Origin: an uncultured Alphaproteobacteria bacterium
Lineage (GTDB): Bacteria; Pseudomonadota; Alphaproteobacteria; Acetobacterales; Acetobacteraceae
Reading direction: 5' to 3'
DNA length: 64,000 bases
NCBI GenBank assembly: GCA_963773345.1
Contig: CAVZBG010000001.1
Coordinates: 39,306 to 103,305, forward strand
Shown one piece after another: positions 1 through 9,315 of the stretch (positions are counted from its first letter, which is position 1; every line of letters begins with the position of its first letter). Position numbers and translations under genes: made by a program. The notes below the pieces were generated by a model that made no database searches, was not told where the DNA came from, and worked only from the letters and a program-made list of their open reading frames with translations.

Positions 1-345
1 GATCTCCACGCCTTGCGCCTGCCCGCGCGCCACGTCTTCCTGCAACTGCTGCTCGTGCTCGGGCAGCCGGGCAATCTTCAGGCTGCCCGGCTGATACACC
101 TCCATCGGCTGGCCGGTCTCTTCGGTGAAGCGGATGATTTTTTCCACCGCCCGCTTCACCAGCCTGGTCAGTCCGGGCGTGGCGCGCACATGGCTGCTGA
201 GCCCCGCCGCGCGCGGCGAGGTCTGCGACGCGATGTCGTTCTTGTCCAGCAACGCCACCTGGCGGCCGGCCTTGGCGAGGTGGAAGGCGGTGCTGCTGCC
301 GAGCGAGCCGGACCCGATCACCACGATATCGGTTGCATCGATCAT
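1..345 (-). CDS. FAD-dependent oxidoreductase (D-amino-acid/glycine oxidase-like), N-terminal part; continues past window start
   Basis: Reverse-strand ATG (cat at 343-345) gives MIDATDIVVIGSGSLGSSTAFHLAKAGRQVALLDKND..., a GxGxxG Rossmann FAD-binding N-terminus. The frame stays open to position 1. Confidence 0.75.
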   Translation of the reverse strand, partial: MIDATDIVVIGSGSLGSSTAFHLAKAGRQVALLDKNDIASQTSPRAAGLSSHVRATPGLTRLVKRAVEKIIRFTEETGQPMEVYQPGSLKIARLPEHEQQLQEDVARGQAQGVEI

Positions 346-396
346 CTGCGTCCCCTTTGCTGTCCCCGTCGCCTTGGCCACCTTCGCGTTCGCGCA

Positions 397-1084
397 TCAA
401 TGTCCGCGTGCCAGCCGCGCCTCCAGGCGCTTGGCGGCACGCGACAGCGGAAAGGCCATCAGGAAATATATCAGCGCCGGCCAGGAGATAGAATTCCATC
501 GGCAGGTAGTACTCGCTGCGCAAGATCGCGCGCGCGCAGTGGTCAGCTCGGGCGCCGCGATCAGCGATGCGATCGAGGTGTCCTTCAGCAGCGCGATACC
601 AGGTAGTTGCACCATCGGCGGCAGCACCGACGCGCATCGACTGCGGCAGGAGGATGTAGCGCATGGTTTGCGGCGCGGCTCATGCCGACCGATCTGCGCC
701 GCCTCGCGCTGGCCGGCATGGATCGCCTGCAGCCCGGCGCGATAGACCTCGGCGAGATAGGCGGCGCCGTTCAGGCCGAGCGCGATCGACCGCCGCGTGG
801 AATGCGTGCAACACGATGCCGCCCGAGGCGAGCGCCGAAATAGATCAGGAACAGCAAGGTCAGCGCAGGCACGCCGCGGATGACCTCGATGTAGAGGCGG
901 CCAGCCGCGCCGACAGCCAGCGCCGGCGCGACATCCGGGCGAAGGCGACGCAGCAGGCCGACGCGGTCGCCGCGAGGAGCGAAAGCGAGCGGCGGTGATC
1001 TGGAGCGTCCCGCCGCGCCGCCACCAGTAGTTCCGGCAGCCAGGCCGCCGGAAGCTGCGGCGTGCCCAGGTCATGCGCCGGCCG
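397..1084 (-). pseudogene. Amino-acid ABC transporter permease (HisM/HisQ type), multiply frameshifted; boundary with upstream permease approximate
   Basis: Permease motifs are spread over different frames: ALGLNGAAYLAEVYRAGLQAIHAGQREAAQ, LLKDTSIASLIAAPELT, and a C-terminal LSRAAKRLEARLARGH. Confidence 0.6.
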
Positions 1085-1750
1085 CGCCCCGCGCGCGCCT
1101 GCCGGCCCATGCGCCGCTCCAGCCGGCGGGTCAGGTGCGACAGCGGCAGGCTCATGCACGAGATAGAGCACCGCCACCATCAGGTAGATCTGCGTGCTGA
1201 GAAACGTCTGGTCGACCAGCGTTCTTGGCCCGGAAACTGAGTTCCGGCGCGGCCACGGCGGAGGCAAGCGAGGTATCCTTCAGCAGCCCGATCGCGAAGT
1301 TGCCGATCGGCGGCAGCACCACGCGCATCGCCTGCGGCAGCACGAGGATGCGCATCGCGTCGAGCCGCGTCATGCCGACGGCAAAGCGCGGCTTCCGTCT
1401 GGCCGCTGGTGGATCGCTTCGATGCCGGCGCGGAACACCTCGGTCAGGTAGGCGCCGCCGTTGATGCCGAAGCCGAGGATGGCCGCGCGGTCAGCGGATT
1501 GAAGCGGACGCCAAGCTCGGCCCAGGCCGAAATAGATGATGAAGAGCTGGGTCAGTACCGGAACGGCACGGAACACTTCGACATAGACGGTGGTGATCGC
1601 GCGCGAGCAGGCGCGAACGGAAGCATTGGCAGGACGGCGAAGACCAGGCCGAGCAGCATCGGCGACGACGAACCCGCCGCGCGGTGATCGATCGATGGTG
1701 GAGACGGCGCCGATCAGCAGAACCGGGAGCAGGTCCGGCAGCAGCGGCAT
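1085..1750 (-). pseudogene. Amino-acid ABC transporter permease, multiply frameshifted
   Basis: MPLLPDLLPVLLIG start (cat 1748-1750). FGINGGAYLTEVFRAGIEAIH, MTRLDAMRILVLPQAMRVVLPPIGNFAIGLLKDTSLASAVAAPEL and MSLPLSHLTRRLERR lie in three different frames. Confidence 0.6.
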
Positions 1751-1776
1751 AGGCCCGTGCCTCAGGTGCCGCTCGT

Positions 1777-2642
1777 TCACTGGTATTCCTGGCGCTCGAC
1801 GACGGCGCGCAGGAACGCCTGGGTGCGCGGGATGCGATGGCGCGCGGAACAGCGCGTGCGGCGGCCCTTGGTCGACGATGCAGGCCGTGATCCATGAACG
1901 ATGACGCGGTCGGCGACGTCCTCGGCGAAATTGCATCTCGTGCGTCACGATCAGCATGGTCATGCCGTCGCGCGCCAGGTGCGCGCATCACCGTCCAGCA
2001 CCTCGCCGACCAGCTCGGGATCGAGCGCGGAGGTCGCCTCGTCGAACAGCATCAGCTTGCGGCTGCATGGCGAGCGAGCGGGCGATGGCGACGCGCTGCT
2101 GCTGGCCGCCGGAGAGCCGCTCGGGATAGTCGGCTGCCTTGTGCGCCAGGCCCACCTTGCGCGAGCAGCGCGTCGCGCCTGCGGCCCGCGCCTCGGCGGC
2201 GGACGGCGTTTCAGCACCTGTGATCGGGCCGAGCGCCACGTTCTCCAGCGCGGTCAGATGCGGGAACAGGTTGAACCGCTGGAACACCATGCCGATGCGG
2301 GAGCGGATCCGGGCGATCTCCCGGTCGCGACATCTCGCACGAACTGGTCCGTTGATCAGCCGTTCGCCCGATCATCGCTGCCGTTCGAGCAGCACGTGTC
2401 CCGAACTGGGCCGCTCGATGATAGTGTGATGCAGCGCAACATCGTCGTCTTGCCGGAGCCGCTCGGTCCGATGATCGCCACTTTTTCGCCGGCGCGCACG
2501 TCGAGAGATCGACGTCCTTGAGCACGTCGATCTCTCCGAAGCGCTTGGTCAGGCCGACCACTTGGACGAGGTAGCGCCGCCCCGTTGCCGCCGGCCCCGT
2601 TGCTTCCCGCTCCGTTGCTTGTCCGGTTGCGGCCGCCATCAA
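1777..2642 (-). pseudogene. Amino-acid ABC transporter ATP-binding protein, multiply frameshifted
   Basis: Fragments VVGLTKRFGEIDVLKDVDLS, a Walker A region (IIGPSGSGKTT when re-framed), MVFQRFNLFPHLTALENVALGP, LSGGQQQRVAIARSLAM and MTMLIVTHEMQF occur in order but in shifting frames. Confidence 0.65.
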
Positions 2643-2646
2643 TCAG

Positions 2647-3573
2647 CTAGAACAGCGACGAGAAGTCCTTTGTCGGATGCGCGCCCGGGCCGATGACGTT
2701 GCCGTCGGCATCGCGGTCGACGCCGATGCGGGGGTTGGTCGCTCGGGCGGCACCAGATAGACCGGGCTGCTGATGCCGTATTTCTTCATCGATCTCGGCG
2801 TTGAGCTTGGACTTCCACAGCCACTTCACGCCGGCATTGACGGCGTCGAACAGGTCGAGGTTCTGCTGGTTCATGCCCATCACGGTGTGCTGCTTGCTGG
2901 TGAGCTGCGGGAAGGTCGGATCCAGCCGTTCAGCGGGACCTGCTTCAGGCCCCAGTTCGCATTCTTGAGGATCAGGTAGTCGACGAGCGGCCCGTCGAGC
3001 AAGGCGAAGTCGAGCCGGCCCGCCACCACGTCGCGCACGCAGCCGTCGCTGTTGTCGTAGAGCTTCACGTCGGAGGTGCCCGGCACCTTCTTGATCTCCG
3101 GCACGATGGTGAAGCCCGTTCACCGTGCCGATCGAATGTGCCTTTCATGTCGGCGACCGTGACCGCGTGCGTGAACGGCTGGTCCTGTCTTCATGCAGAC
3201 GAAGGGGCCGGCGTAGTAGATCGCATCGGTGAGCAGCCAGCACCGCGGCGCGGGCCGGGGTCCAGCCCATGTTGCCGGCCATGATGTCGGCGCGCCCGCT
3301 CAGGAGGACTGCAGTCGCCGACCACTCCATCTGCGTCGAGACTGACGCTAAGGCCCAGCTTCGGCGGCGATGGTCGCGATGATCTCGGCGTCCGAGCCGA
3401 TCAGCTTGCCGTCCTCGATCGCTGATCATGGGCATGTCGCCGTTCATGGCAACGATGAGCGTGCCGGGCGTGACCGTCTTGAAAACCGGCTTCTGCCCAA
3501 GCGATGGCCGGGGCAGGCCGAGCAGCGCGGCGGTGGCGAGGCCGCCGATGAAGCGACGACGGGAAGCTTGCAT
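2647..3573 (-). pseudogene. Periplasmic amino-acid-binding protein of the ABC transporter, frameshifted
   Basis: MQASRRRFIGGLATAALLGLP Tat-like signal, then KTVTPGTLIVAMNGDMPM. Later SBP-like segments (LLSGRADIMAGNMGWTPARA, VDYLILKNANWGLKQVPL, KWLWKSKLNAEIDE) are in other frames. Confidence 0.55.
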
Positions 3574-3712
3574 GGGCATCTCCTGTTGAGGTGCGGGTCG
3601 GCCACTACTTGGGAACGGCATGCAAATCTTCTGCCAGCGTATGTCGAATGGGGCGGTTGCGCAACATCACAGCAGAAGGCGCGTCGCCCTGTACAATGCG
3701 TCGGTCGCCGCC

Positions 3713-4576
3713 TCACGCCACCCCGTGCGTCCGCGAATACAAGCTCGGCGCCGGTGGCCGCCACTCCGCGAGCGCGCCATCGGCCGCGCGAAAAATCTCG
3801 ACCTTCAACGGATAGCACTTCGCGGCATCGTCGGAGTGGCTGGCACCGCAATCGCCGCCCGGACAGGCCGACAGCCCGCCCAGCAGGTCGATCTCGGCAA
3901 AGAACTCGATGAAATCGCCAGGCCGCACCGGACTTGCCTTCATGAAGTACTGGTGCGTGTCGTGGGTGTACCCGGTGCACATGAAGACGTTCATCACGTC
4001 GTGCACGTGCAGCTCGGCATCGGTCACCTGCATGCCCCGCTCCGCCGCCAGCGCCCGCGCCAGATTCGAGTGGCAGCAATGGTGATACTCGGCCCCCTTC
4101 AGCAACAGGTTGGTGTACGGATCGCAGCGCGTGCCGATCACGTCGTGCACACCGGCGCCGTCCTCGTCCCAGCCGTACCAGTCGAGCGTGTCGTGCGTGA
4201 TGGTCGCCATCGGGCGCAGGCTCGGCAGCGTGCTCCACATCCGGTCGCCGGTGGTCAGGTGCGTCGCGTGCAGCGCCCGCGTCTTGCCGCTGAAGAAGCG
4301 CTCCGACAGGTCGTGCGCGTTCCACAGGTTAAGGTCGCCGACCTGCGGGCCTTCGACGCTGATGATGCGGAAGAACTGTCCCGCGGGCACGCTGAATGTC
4401 CGCGCCTCGCGCGGCGGCACCATCAGCTCGGAGACCTTCGTCAGCCCGGCGCGCGCCGCGTCGTAGAACGCCGCATCGAACGGCGGCAATTTCTCCACCG
4501 CATAGGTCACCACCGGCGTCGCGCCGCGCCGCGCCGCCGCGTCCGGCGGTGCCGTCGTCTGAGCTGGTCTTGCCAT
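3713..4576 (-). CDS. DUF1989 / urea-carboxylase-associated family protein
   Basis: Intact 287-aa ORF. REARTFSVPAGQFFRIISVEGPQVGDLNLWNAHD and GTRCDPYTNLLLKG...HHCCHSNL are typical of this family as I remember it. Confidence 0.7.
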   Translation of the reverse strand: MARPAQTTAPPDAAARRGATPVVTYAVEKLPPFDAAFYDAARAGLTKVSELMVPPREARTFSVPAGQFFRIISVEGPQVGDLNLWNAHDLSERFFSGKTRALHATHLTTGDRMWSTLPSLRPMATITHDTLDWYGWDEDGAGVHDVIGTRCDPYTNLLLKGAEYHHCCHSNLARALAAERGMQVTDAELHVHDVMNVFMCTGYTHDTHQYFMKASPVRPGDFIEFFAEIDLLGGLSACPGGDCGASHSDDAAKCYPLKVEIFRAADGALAEWRPPAPSLYSRTHGVA

Positions 4577-5050
4577 GTTTTCCCCTCCCCACCTTCGGCG
4601 ACCTCCAGGCCGCCCGTCGCGCGTCGGATATGGTGGTGGCGGACTGTGCCTTGGCTTCCTGGAGGCTGCAAACGCCTTTCTCGGGGCGCCGGTCCTATGT
4701 CCTGGTGTAACTTCCTATTATCCGATGGGCTGCCGGCTTTTGGGGGGAACCAGTTCGTCATGTCGCGCCTTATCAAGCCGCGCGCGAACGCGTCTCCTCA
4801 GAGCGGCGGCCACTCGCCACTCGCGCGGCCAGAACAGAGAGAAGGCATTTACTTGGCGCTTGGCGCTGATGACAGATGCACCGGTGCAGAGCGCCTTGCG
4901 CGCAGCGCCATTTGCATTCCTCTCCGGATAGACTAACCCGGCAAATCATCGCACCCCGCGGAACATCGGTTGGGAGGATGATGGCACACTAATTTGGTTG
5001 GTGCTTCCCGTTACTGGTGAGGCCGGAGCGACGCGGCAGAAGATTAATCA

Positions 5051-5075
5051 GCCGCGGATGAACGCAGATGAACGC
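5051..5075. repeat. Left arm of 25-bp inverted repeat flanking the GxxExxY gene (contains a 10-bp unit gatgaacgca twice)
   Basis: The reverse complement of gccgcggatgaacgcagatgaacgc matches 5513-5537 with one mismatch. Confidence 0.85.
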
Positions 5076-5091
5076 AGATAAGGCCGGTGCC

Positions 5092-5520
5092 TCACCGGCC
5101 CAGGACGATGCGTTGGATCGCCAGGCGGGGGTTGCCGAAGTTCAGCAGCAGGCAGAGGTGCAAGCCCGTGCCGCGAAGGTAGTTGATGCATTGGGCGCGA
5201 TGGATGTCGGCCACTGCCTTGGTGGCCTTCAGTTCTACGATCACCGACTCTTCGACCAGGAGGTCGACCGCGTAGTCGCCAACGATGATCCCATCGTAGC
5301 GGACGACGATGCCGCGCTGCTGCGCGACCGCGAGGCCGGCCCCCGCCCCCGCCTTCGCAGGGGCAGGCTTTCGCAGGGGCAGGCTCTGGCGAAGCTCGTG
5401 CGCGAGCGCATTTTCGTAAACCTTTTCAAGGAACCCGGATCCAAGGGCATGGGAGACGACCATCGCGCACCCGATAACGCGCTCCGACAGATCGTTCGGC
5501 ACGGCTTCATCGGCGTTCAT
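5092..5520 (-). CDS. GxxExxY family protein (PD-(D/E)XK nuclease-like fold)
   Basis: 142-aa ORF with GFLEKVYENAL (GxxExxY) and DLLVEESVIVELKA. An Ala/Gly/Pro-rich insertion sits in the middle. Confidence 0.75.
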   Translation of the reverse strand: MNADEAVPNDLSERVIGCAMVVSHALGSGFLEKVYENALAHELRQSLPLRKPAPAKAGAGAGLAVAQQRGIVVRYDGIIVGDYAVDLLVEESVIVELKATKAVADIHRAQCINYLRGTGLHLCLLLNFGNPRLAIQRIVLGR

Positions 5521-5537
5521 CCGCGTTCATCCGCGGC
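5513..5537. repeat. Right arm of the 25-bp inverted repeat; contains the GxxExxY start codon
   Basis: gcgttcatccgcgttcatccgcggc. The ATG of the gene (cat 5518-5520) lies inside the arm. Confidence 0.85.
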
Positions 5538-6198
5538 TAAATATTCCTTGCTACCTTCGCACCCGCACCTTGCCGAAGAGTTGACGGCTGGATCTGCCGC
5601 TCCACCCATCGGCGGCACTGCAAGTCGTGCCTGGGTTGGTTGCGGCCAACGGCTGCGCTGAGTAACTCCGTGTCCGATGGCTACTTGCTTGATTGCTTTG
5701 CAGTCGCCGGCACAAGCCCCGCACCTTGCCGCCTGGCCGGCATTGGGATCGCCTCGCCCGAAATGGAATGGTCCCGCGGCCTGTCCAGGGCACTATTTCG
5801 AAGCGGTAATCGTTGGGCGTCGCCTTAGGCGCCCGCCAGACAGCGGCCTGTCGCGGATACCGGTCCGCGCGCGCGCACTCGGGCCGTGTTCATTCCGGCG
5901 ACATCGCAGCACCGATGACCCGACGCATCGATTCGTGGTCGCCATCACGGAAGCTGCGGATCGGCGCAGCCACCCATGCGTCGGCCAGACCATGGCGGAT
6001 GCCTGTTGTGCAAACGTCAGGAACTTCGCGTCGGGCCGGAGGCTTTACGATGCTTGTCCGCAATAACCCGCGGCGTGCAACCGGTGCGGCCAAACCATTG
6101 CACCGCAGATGGCAGCTCTCCTTCGCGCGTCGAATGCGAAGGAGAGCTCCGGACACCGTGCAGCAACCGCAAGATGTCGCCTTGGTTGCTGCGACCGG

Positions 6199-7138
6199 TT
6201 ACCGCGTGCTGAGCAGGATCTCGACCCGCCCATCGTGCGGGTACTGCGGATCGTTGACTTGTATCGCGGAGTCCGGCACGCCGGCCTGGGCCAACGCGGC
6301 ACGCACCGTATTGACACGCTGGGCGCTCAGGTTCGGATTGAGCGGGTTCATGGTGCCGTCGATGCCAATCTGCAGCGACGGGTTCCTGGCGAGATACATC
6401 GCGATCAGGCCGGCCATGTTCTGGTCGGACGCCCGAATGTTCGCCGTGCCGCGATCAAACGTGAAATCACGGTATTCGGTCCAGTGAGCGATTTCACCAA
6501 CCGGTCCCTGGGCACCCATCGGCCCGGTCGGTCCCGGCATGCCTTGCGCGCCGGAGAGACCGGCACCGCCGACACCACCGGCCATCATGGAGCCGCGTGC
6601 GCCGGTCTGACCACTCATCCCCTGGCTTCCGGTACCGCCGGCACCGCCGGCGGGTCCGGTCGGGCCGACCAGGGTCGCGCCTTGGACGCCCATTTCTCCG
6701 GGCGCGCCCTGTGCGCCAACGGGTCCGGCGGGACCAGTCGGGCCCGCCGGGCCAGCGGTGCTATATCCTTGCGCGCCCGTCTGCCCAGACATGCCCTCCG
6801 CGCCAGCCGGACCGACCGCGCCGGTCGGACCACGCGCGCCGACCACCACCGCGCCCGCGGGTCCCGCCACGCCGGGTGAACCTTGCGGACCCGAGGGGCC
6901 GGACGGGCCCGGCATGCCGGCGGGACCAGTCTCGCCGTAGCCGGCGGCGCCCGTCTGGCCGATCGGGCCTTGCGGGCCGGGCGGACCGGTCGGTCCGGTG
7001 AAGCCGGCAGGCCCAACCAGAACTCGGTTGCACGGGCGCAACGTATGTCGTCGCGGTAGTTGTCTCGGTGGTGGTTGGCGTGGCGCTGCAAGCCGCGGCA
7101 GACACAGCGACCGCCGCAAGGAGAATGGTGCGTTTCAT
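6199..7138 (-). pseudogene. Collagen-like (Gly-X-Y repeat) lipoprotein with OmpA-like C-terminal domain; one frame break between signal peptide and repeats
   Basis: MKRTILLAAVAVSAAACSATPTTTETTT (lipobox) is in one frame. About 190 aa of GXY triplets (GPAGFTGPTGPPGPQGPIGQTG...) and a C-terminal LSAQRVNTVRAALAQAGVP...RVEILL are in another. The junction is near 7020-7040. Confidence 0.65.
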
Positions 7139-7744
7139 GGGATGGCCTTCATCTGGAGTTGAACTGCTCGTGCTTCGACGGCTCGGGCGCCGGCTTTGTC
7201 AAAGCTCAACGCCGGACGAACTCCGGATGACTTCTCTCCGGATTTTGGCTGAGAGCAGATCTGGGGGAGAGGCTGCGAAGACGACAGGTTCGGAATGTAC
7301 TCAGACCGCAGAAGAGCCTCAGCGCAACGGGATTCCCGACACCGGCGATTGGAGCCTGCTGTCCGACGGCAAGGTCCGGTTTGCGGTATTCACACACCAG
7401 CATCGGGTGGGCCGGGTGAGCATTGGGTTGATTGGGTGCGCAGCCACGACAAGACCCGACACGTGGGCCGACCGACCAGCCAACGTTGCGACATAGTAAC
7501 CGATTCATCGCATGTGCCGCAGCAGCGGCATCCCGCAGTGATCCTCGGGTCGGCCACGGCAGGCGACTCCACCGGAGCCCGGCGGGCTGCGTAACCGATG
7601 AACCACCTCGCTTCCTGCAATTGCGCGCCGCCGACCCCGAGCATGCGACCCCGTCCGTGGAATACCTTCGGCCCATCGCACGCGGAGATCATCGGTCACC
7701 ACCGGGGTGGCGCGGCGTCGCCCGATCCCCTATCTCCCGCCGCC

Positions 7745-8608
7745 ATGGACGCCACCCCGGATGCCACAATGGACGCCCAAACGGATGCCCCAACGGATGC
7801 CCCAACGGATGCCCCAACGGATGCCCCAACGGATGCCCCAACGGATGCCATCGTCGTCGAGCACCTGACCAAGCGCTACGGCACCACGCTGGCGGTGGAC
7901 GACATCGGCTTCGTCGTGCCCGCCGGTGCGACGGTCGGCCTGCTGGGCGGCAACGGCGCCGGCAAGACCACCACCATCGCGCTGCTGCTGGGCCTTCTGA
8001 TCCCCACCGCCGGTGCCATCCGCGTGCTCGGCCACGACATGGCGCGCGACCGCTTCGCCGCGCTGGCGCGGATGAATTTTTCCTCCCCCTACATCGCGCT
8101 GCCGCAACGGCTGTCGGTGGCGGAGAACCTGCGCGTCTACGGCCACCTGTATGACGTCCGCCGCATCGAGCAGCGCATCGCCGAACTCGCCCGCGAGCTT
8201 GACCTGGGCGAATTCCTGCACCGCCCGTCCGGGCAACTGTCCGCCGGCCAAAAGACCCGGGTCGCATTGGCCAAGGCGTTGATCAACCGACCCGCCGTGC
8301 TGCTGCTGGACGAGCCGACCGCCAGCCTCGATCCCGACACCGGCGACTGGGTGCGCGGCTGGCTGGAGCGCTACCGGACGGAAAGCGGCTGCACCATCCT
8401 GCTCGCCTCGCACAACATGGCCGAGGTGGAGCGGCTGTGCGATCAGGTGCTGATGCTCAAGCGCGGCCGCATCGTCGACCGTGGCAGCCCCGCCGAGCTG
8501 CTGGTGCGCTACGGGCGCGAGGACCTGGTGGAGGTGTTCCTCGACATCGCGCGCGACCGTCGCCAGGCGGTGGAGATCTCTCACGCTGCCCCGGCGCCTG
8601 CCACGTAG
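7745..8608 (+). CDS. ABC transporter ATP-binding protein (ABC-2 exporter type) with a repeat-encoded N-terminal extension; start uncertain
   Basis: Walker A GGNGAGKTTT, signature LSAGQKTRVALAKAL, Walker B LLLDEPTASLD. The N-terminus MDATPDATMDAQTDAPTDAPTDAPT... is encoded by the tandem repeat. Confidence 0.85.
   Translation: MDATPDATMDAQTDAPTDAPTDAPTDAPTDAPTDAIVVEHLTKRYGTTLAVDDIGFVVPAGATVGLLGGNGAGKTTTIALLLGLLIPTAGAIRVLGHDMARDRFAALARMNFSSPYIALPQRLSVAENLRVYGHLYDVRRIEQRIAELARELDLGEFLHRPSGQLSAGQKTRVALAKALINRPAVLLLDEPTASLDPDTGDWVRGWLERYRTESGCTILLASHNMAEVERLCDQVLMLKRGRIVDRGSPAELLVRYGREDLVEVFLDIARDRRQAVEISHAAPAPAT
7781..7850 (+). repeat. 12-bp tandem repeat acggatgcccca (5 full copies plus a partial one) encoding (TDAP)n
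   Basis: Read directly. Degenerate copies also lie just upstream (7745-7780). Confidence 0.9.
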
Positions 8609-8860
8609 CTTCATGCGGCCAACCAAACGCTTCGCCGGCGATCAGAGTTGCCCTACGGCCAACGCCGCGATTCACCGCGCCGTCGCAGACCATGAAGAAG
8701 GCAGTCGCGGGAGGCCGCACTGATATCCCGCCGGGTCCGCCGTCTGTCCGGGTTTCGTCCCGTTCGCGAAACCTTCCGCGGCATCCGCTGGAACCGCGGC
8801 AATCGGCTCTGGCACGAAGCGCGCAGCGGGCGGACCCGCGGTTTTCCGCCGCCTGCAAGC

Positions 8861-9060
8861 TTGACTGGACGCGGGTGGTGAAGCGTCCGGACACAAGGTA
8901 TACCGACGGCAGACAGCTTGGGGTCGTGGCGCGCGATCTCGGGTTCCAACGCGTGGTCTATTTTCTGGCCTATGTGAAGCGGCGCGGCTTCCTATATGTC
9001 ATCAGCATCAGGTATGCGAACGATGATGAAGCGCACACGTTCTTCCGCCACTACCCCTAG
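8861..9060 (+). pseudogene. Possible BrnT-like (DUF497) toxin remnant in the spacer between ABC ATPase and permease
   Basis: LDWTRVVKRPDTRYTDGRQLGVVARDLGFQRVVYFLAYVKRRGFLYVISIRYANDDEAHTFF loosely follows the remembered BrnT pattern (D.R..YGE.R...G...vvvv.t.R....IS.R.A...E). It is shorter than normal and has no ATG (TTG only). Confidence 0.3.
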
Positions 9061-9315
9061 CGCCCGCGCGCGGCGCAATCGGCCGTCCGCAGCCCGCCAG
9101 GGTCGCACGCCGGCCGTGCCGGTGCCCGAAGATGCGGATGCGCAGCGTGCGCTGGCATGGCTGGAACGCGGCAAGCCGCGGTCGGAACTCGTCCCCGACG
9201 AGGCGGTGCCGGCGCAGAGCAAGGCGGACCTGGAGAAGTGCCGGCCGGCTTCCTACCGGCGCAGTCACTCGCGCTGATCGCGCCACGGTCGCGGTTCGGA
9301 CTGGCAGAACATCGT

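Noticed and set aside
4577-4800. Possible guanidine (ykkC-type) riboswitch upstream of the DUF1989/urea-carboxylase-associated gene
   Set aside because: I read the reverse strand for the conserved GGGA/ACGR and CUAGGGUUCCG...GGUCCGAGAG...ACGG.GGGA.AAAAGCCCGGGAG blocks. Only scattered short similarities were found, in the wrong order. This is not supportable without a covariance-model search (Rfam RF00442, RF01068, RF01763).
3620-4936. Long ORFs antisense to or overlapping recognisable genes. Examples are 3620-4936 (+), 23189-25051 (-), 25180-26772 (-), 28645-30039 (-), 34108-36270 (-), 37803-39203 (+, upstream part), 60459-61859 (+) and 58496-59536 (+).
   Set aside because: Their translations are Arg/Ala/Gly/Pro-rich low-complexity strings with no motifs. 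They mirror genes with clear family signatures on the other strand or frame. They are typical high-GC shadow ORFs.
5540-6198. Roughly 650-bp gene-free stretch with short ORFs and a 9-bp-stem hairpin (gcagcaacc...ggttgctgc, about 6153-6185) downstream of the collagen-like gene
   Set aside because: The translations in all frames gave no convincing family match. Weak hints of transposase-like fragments were not reproducible across frames. The hairpin lacks a U-tract, so I do not call it a terminator.
7781-7850. Short direct repeats considered as a possible CRISPR array (also 14199-14362)
   Set aside because: The units are 12 bp and 6-12 bp with no spacers, and they lie inside coding frames (TDAP and TP repeats). 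They are not CRISPR.
8996-9277. ORF following the BrnT-like remnant as a BrnA antitoxin
   Set aside because: The sequence (MRTMMKRTRSSATTPSARARRNRPSAARQG...) is basic and low-complexity. It has no ribbon-helix-helix pattern that I can recognise, and its coding status is unclear.
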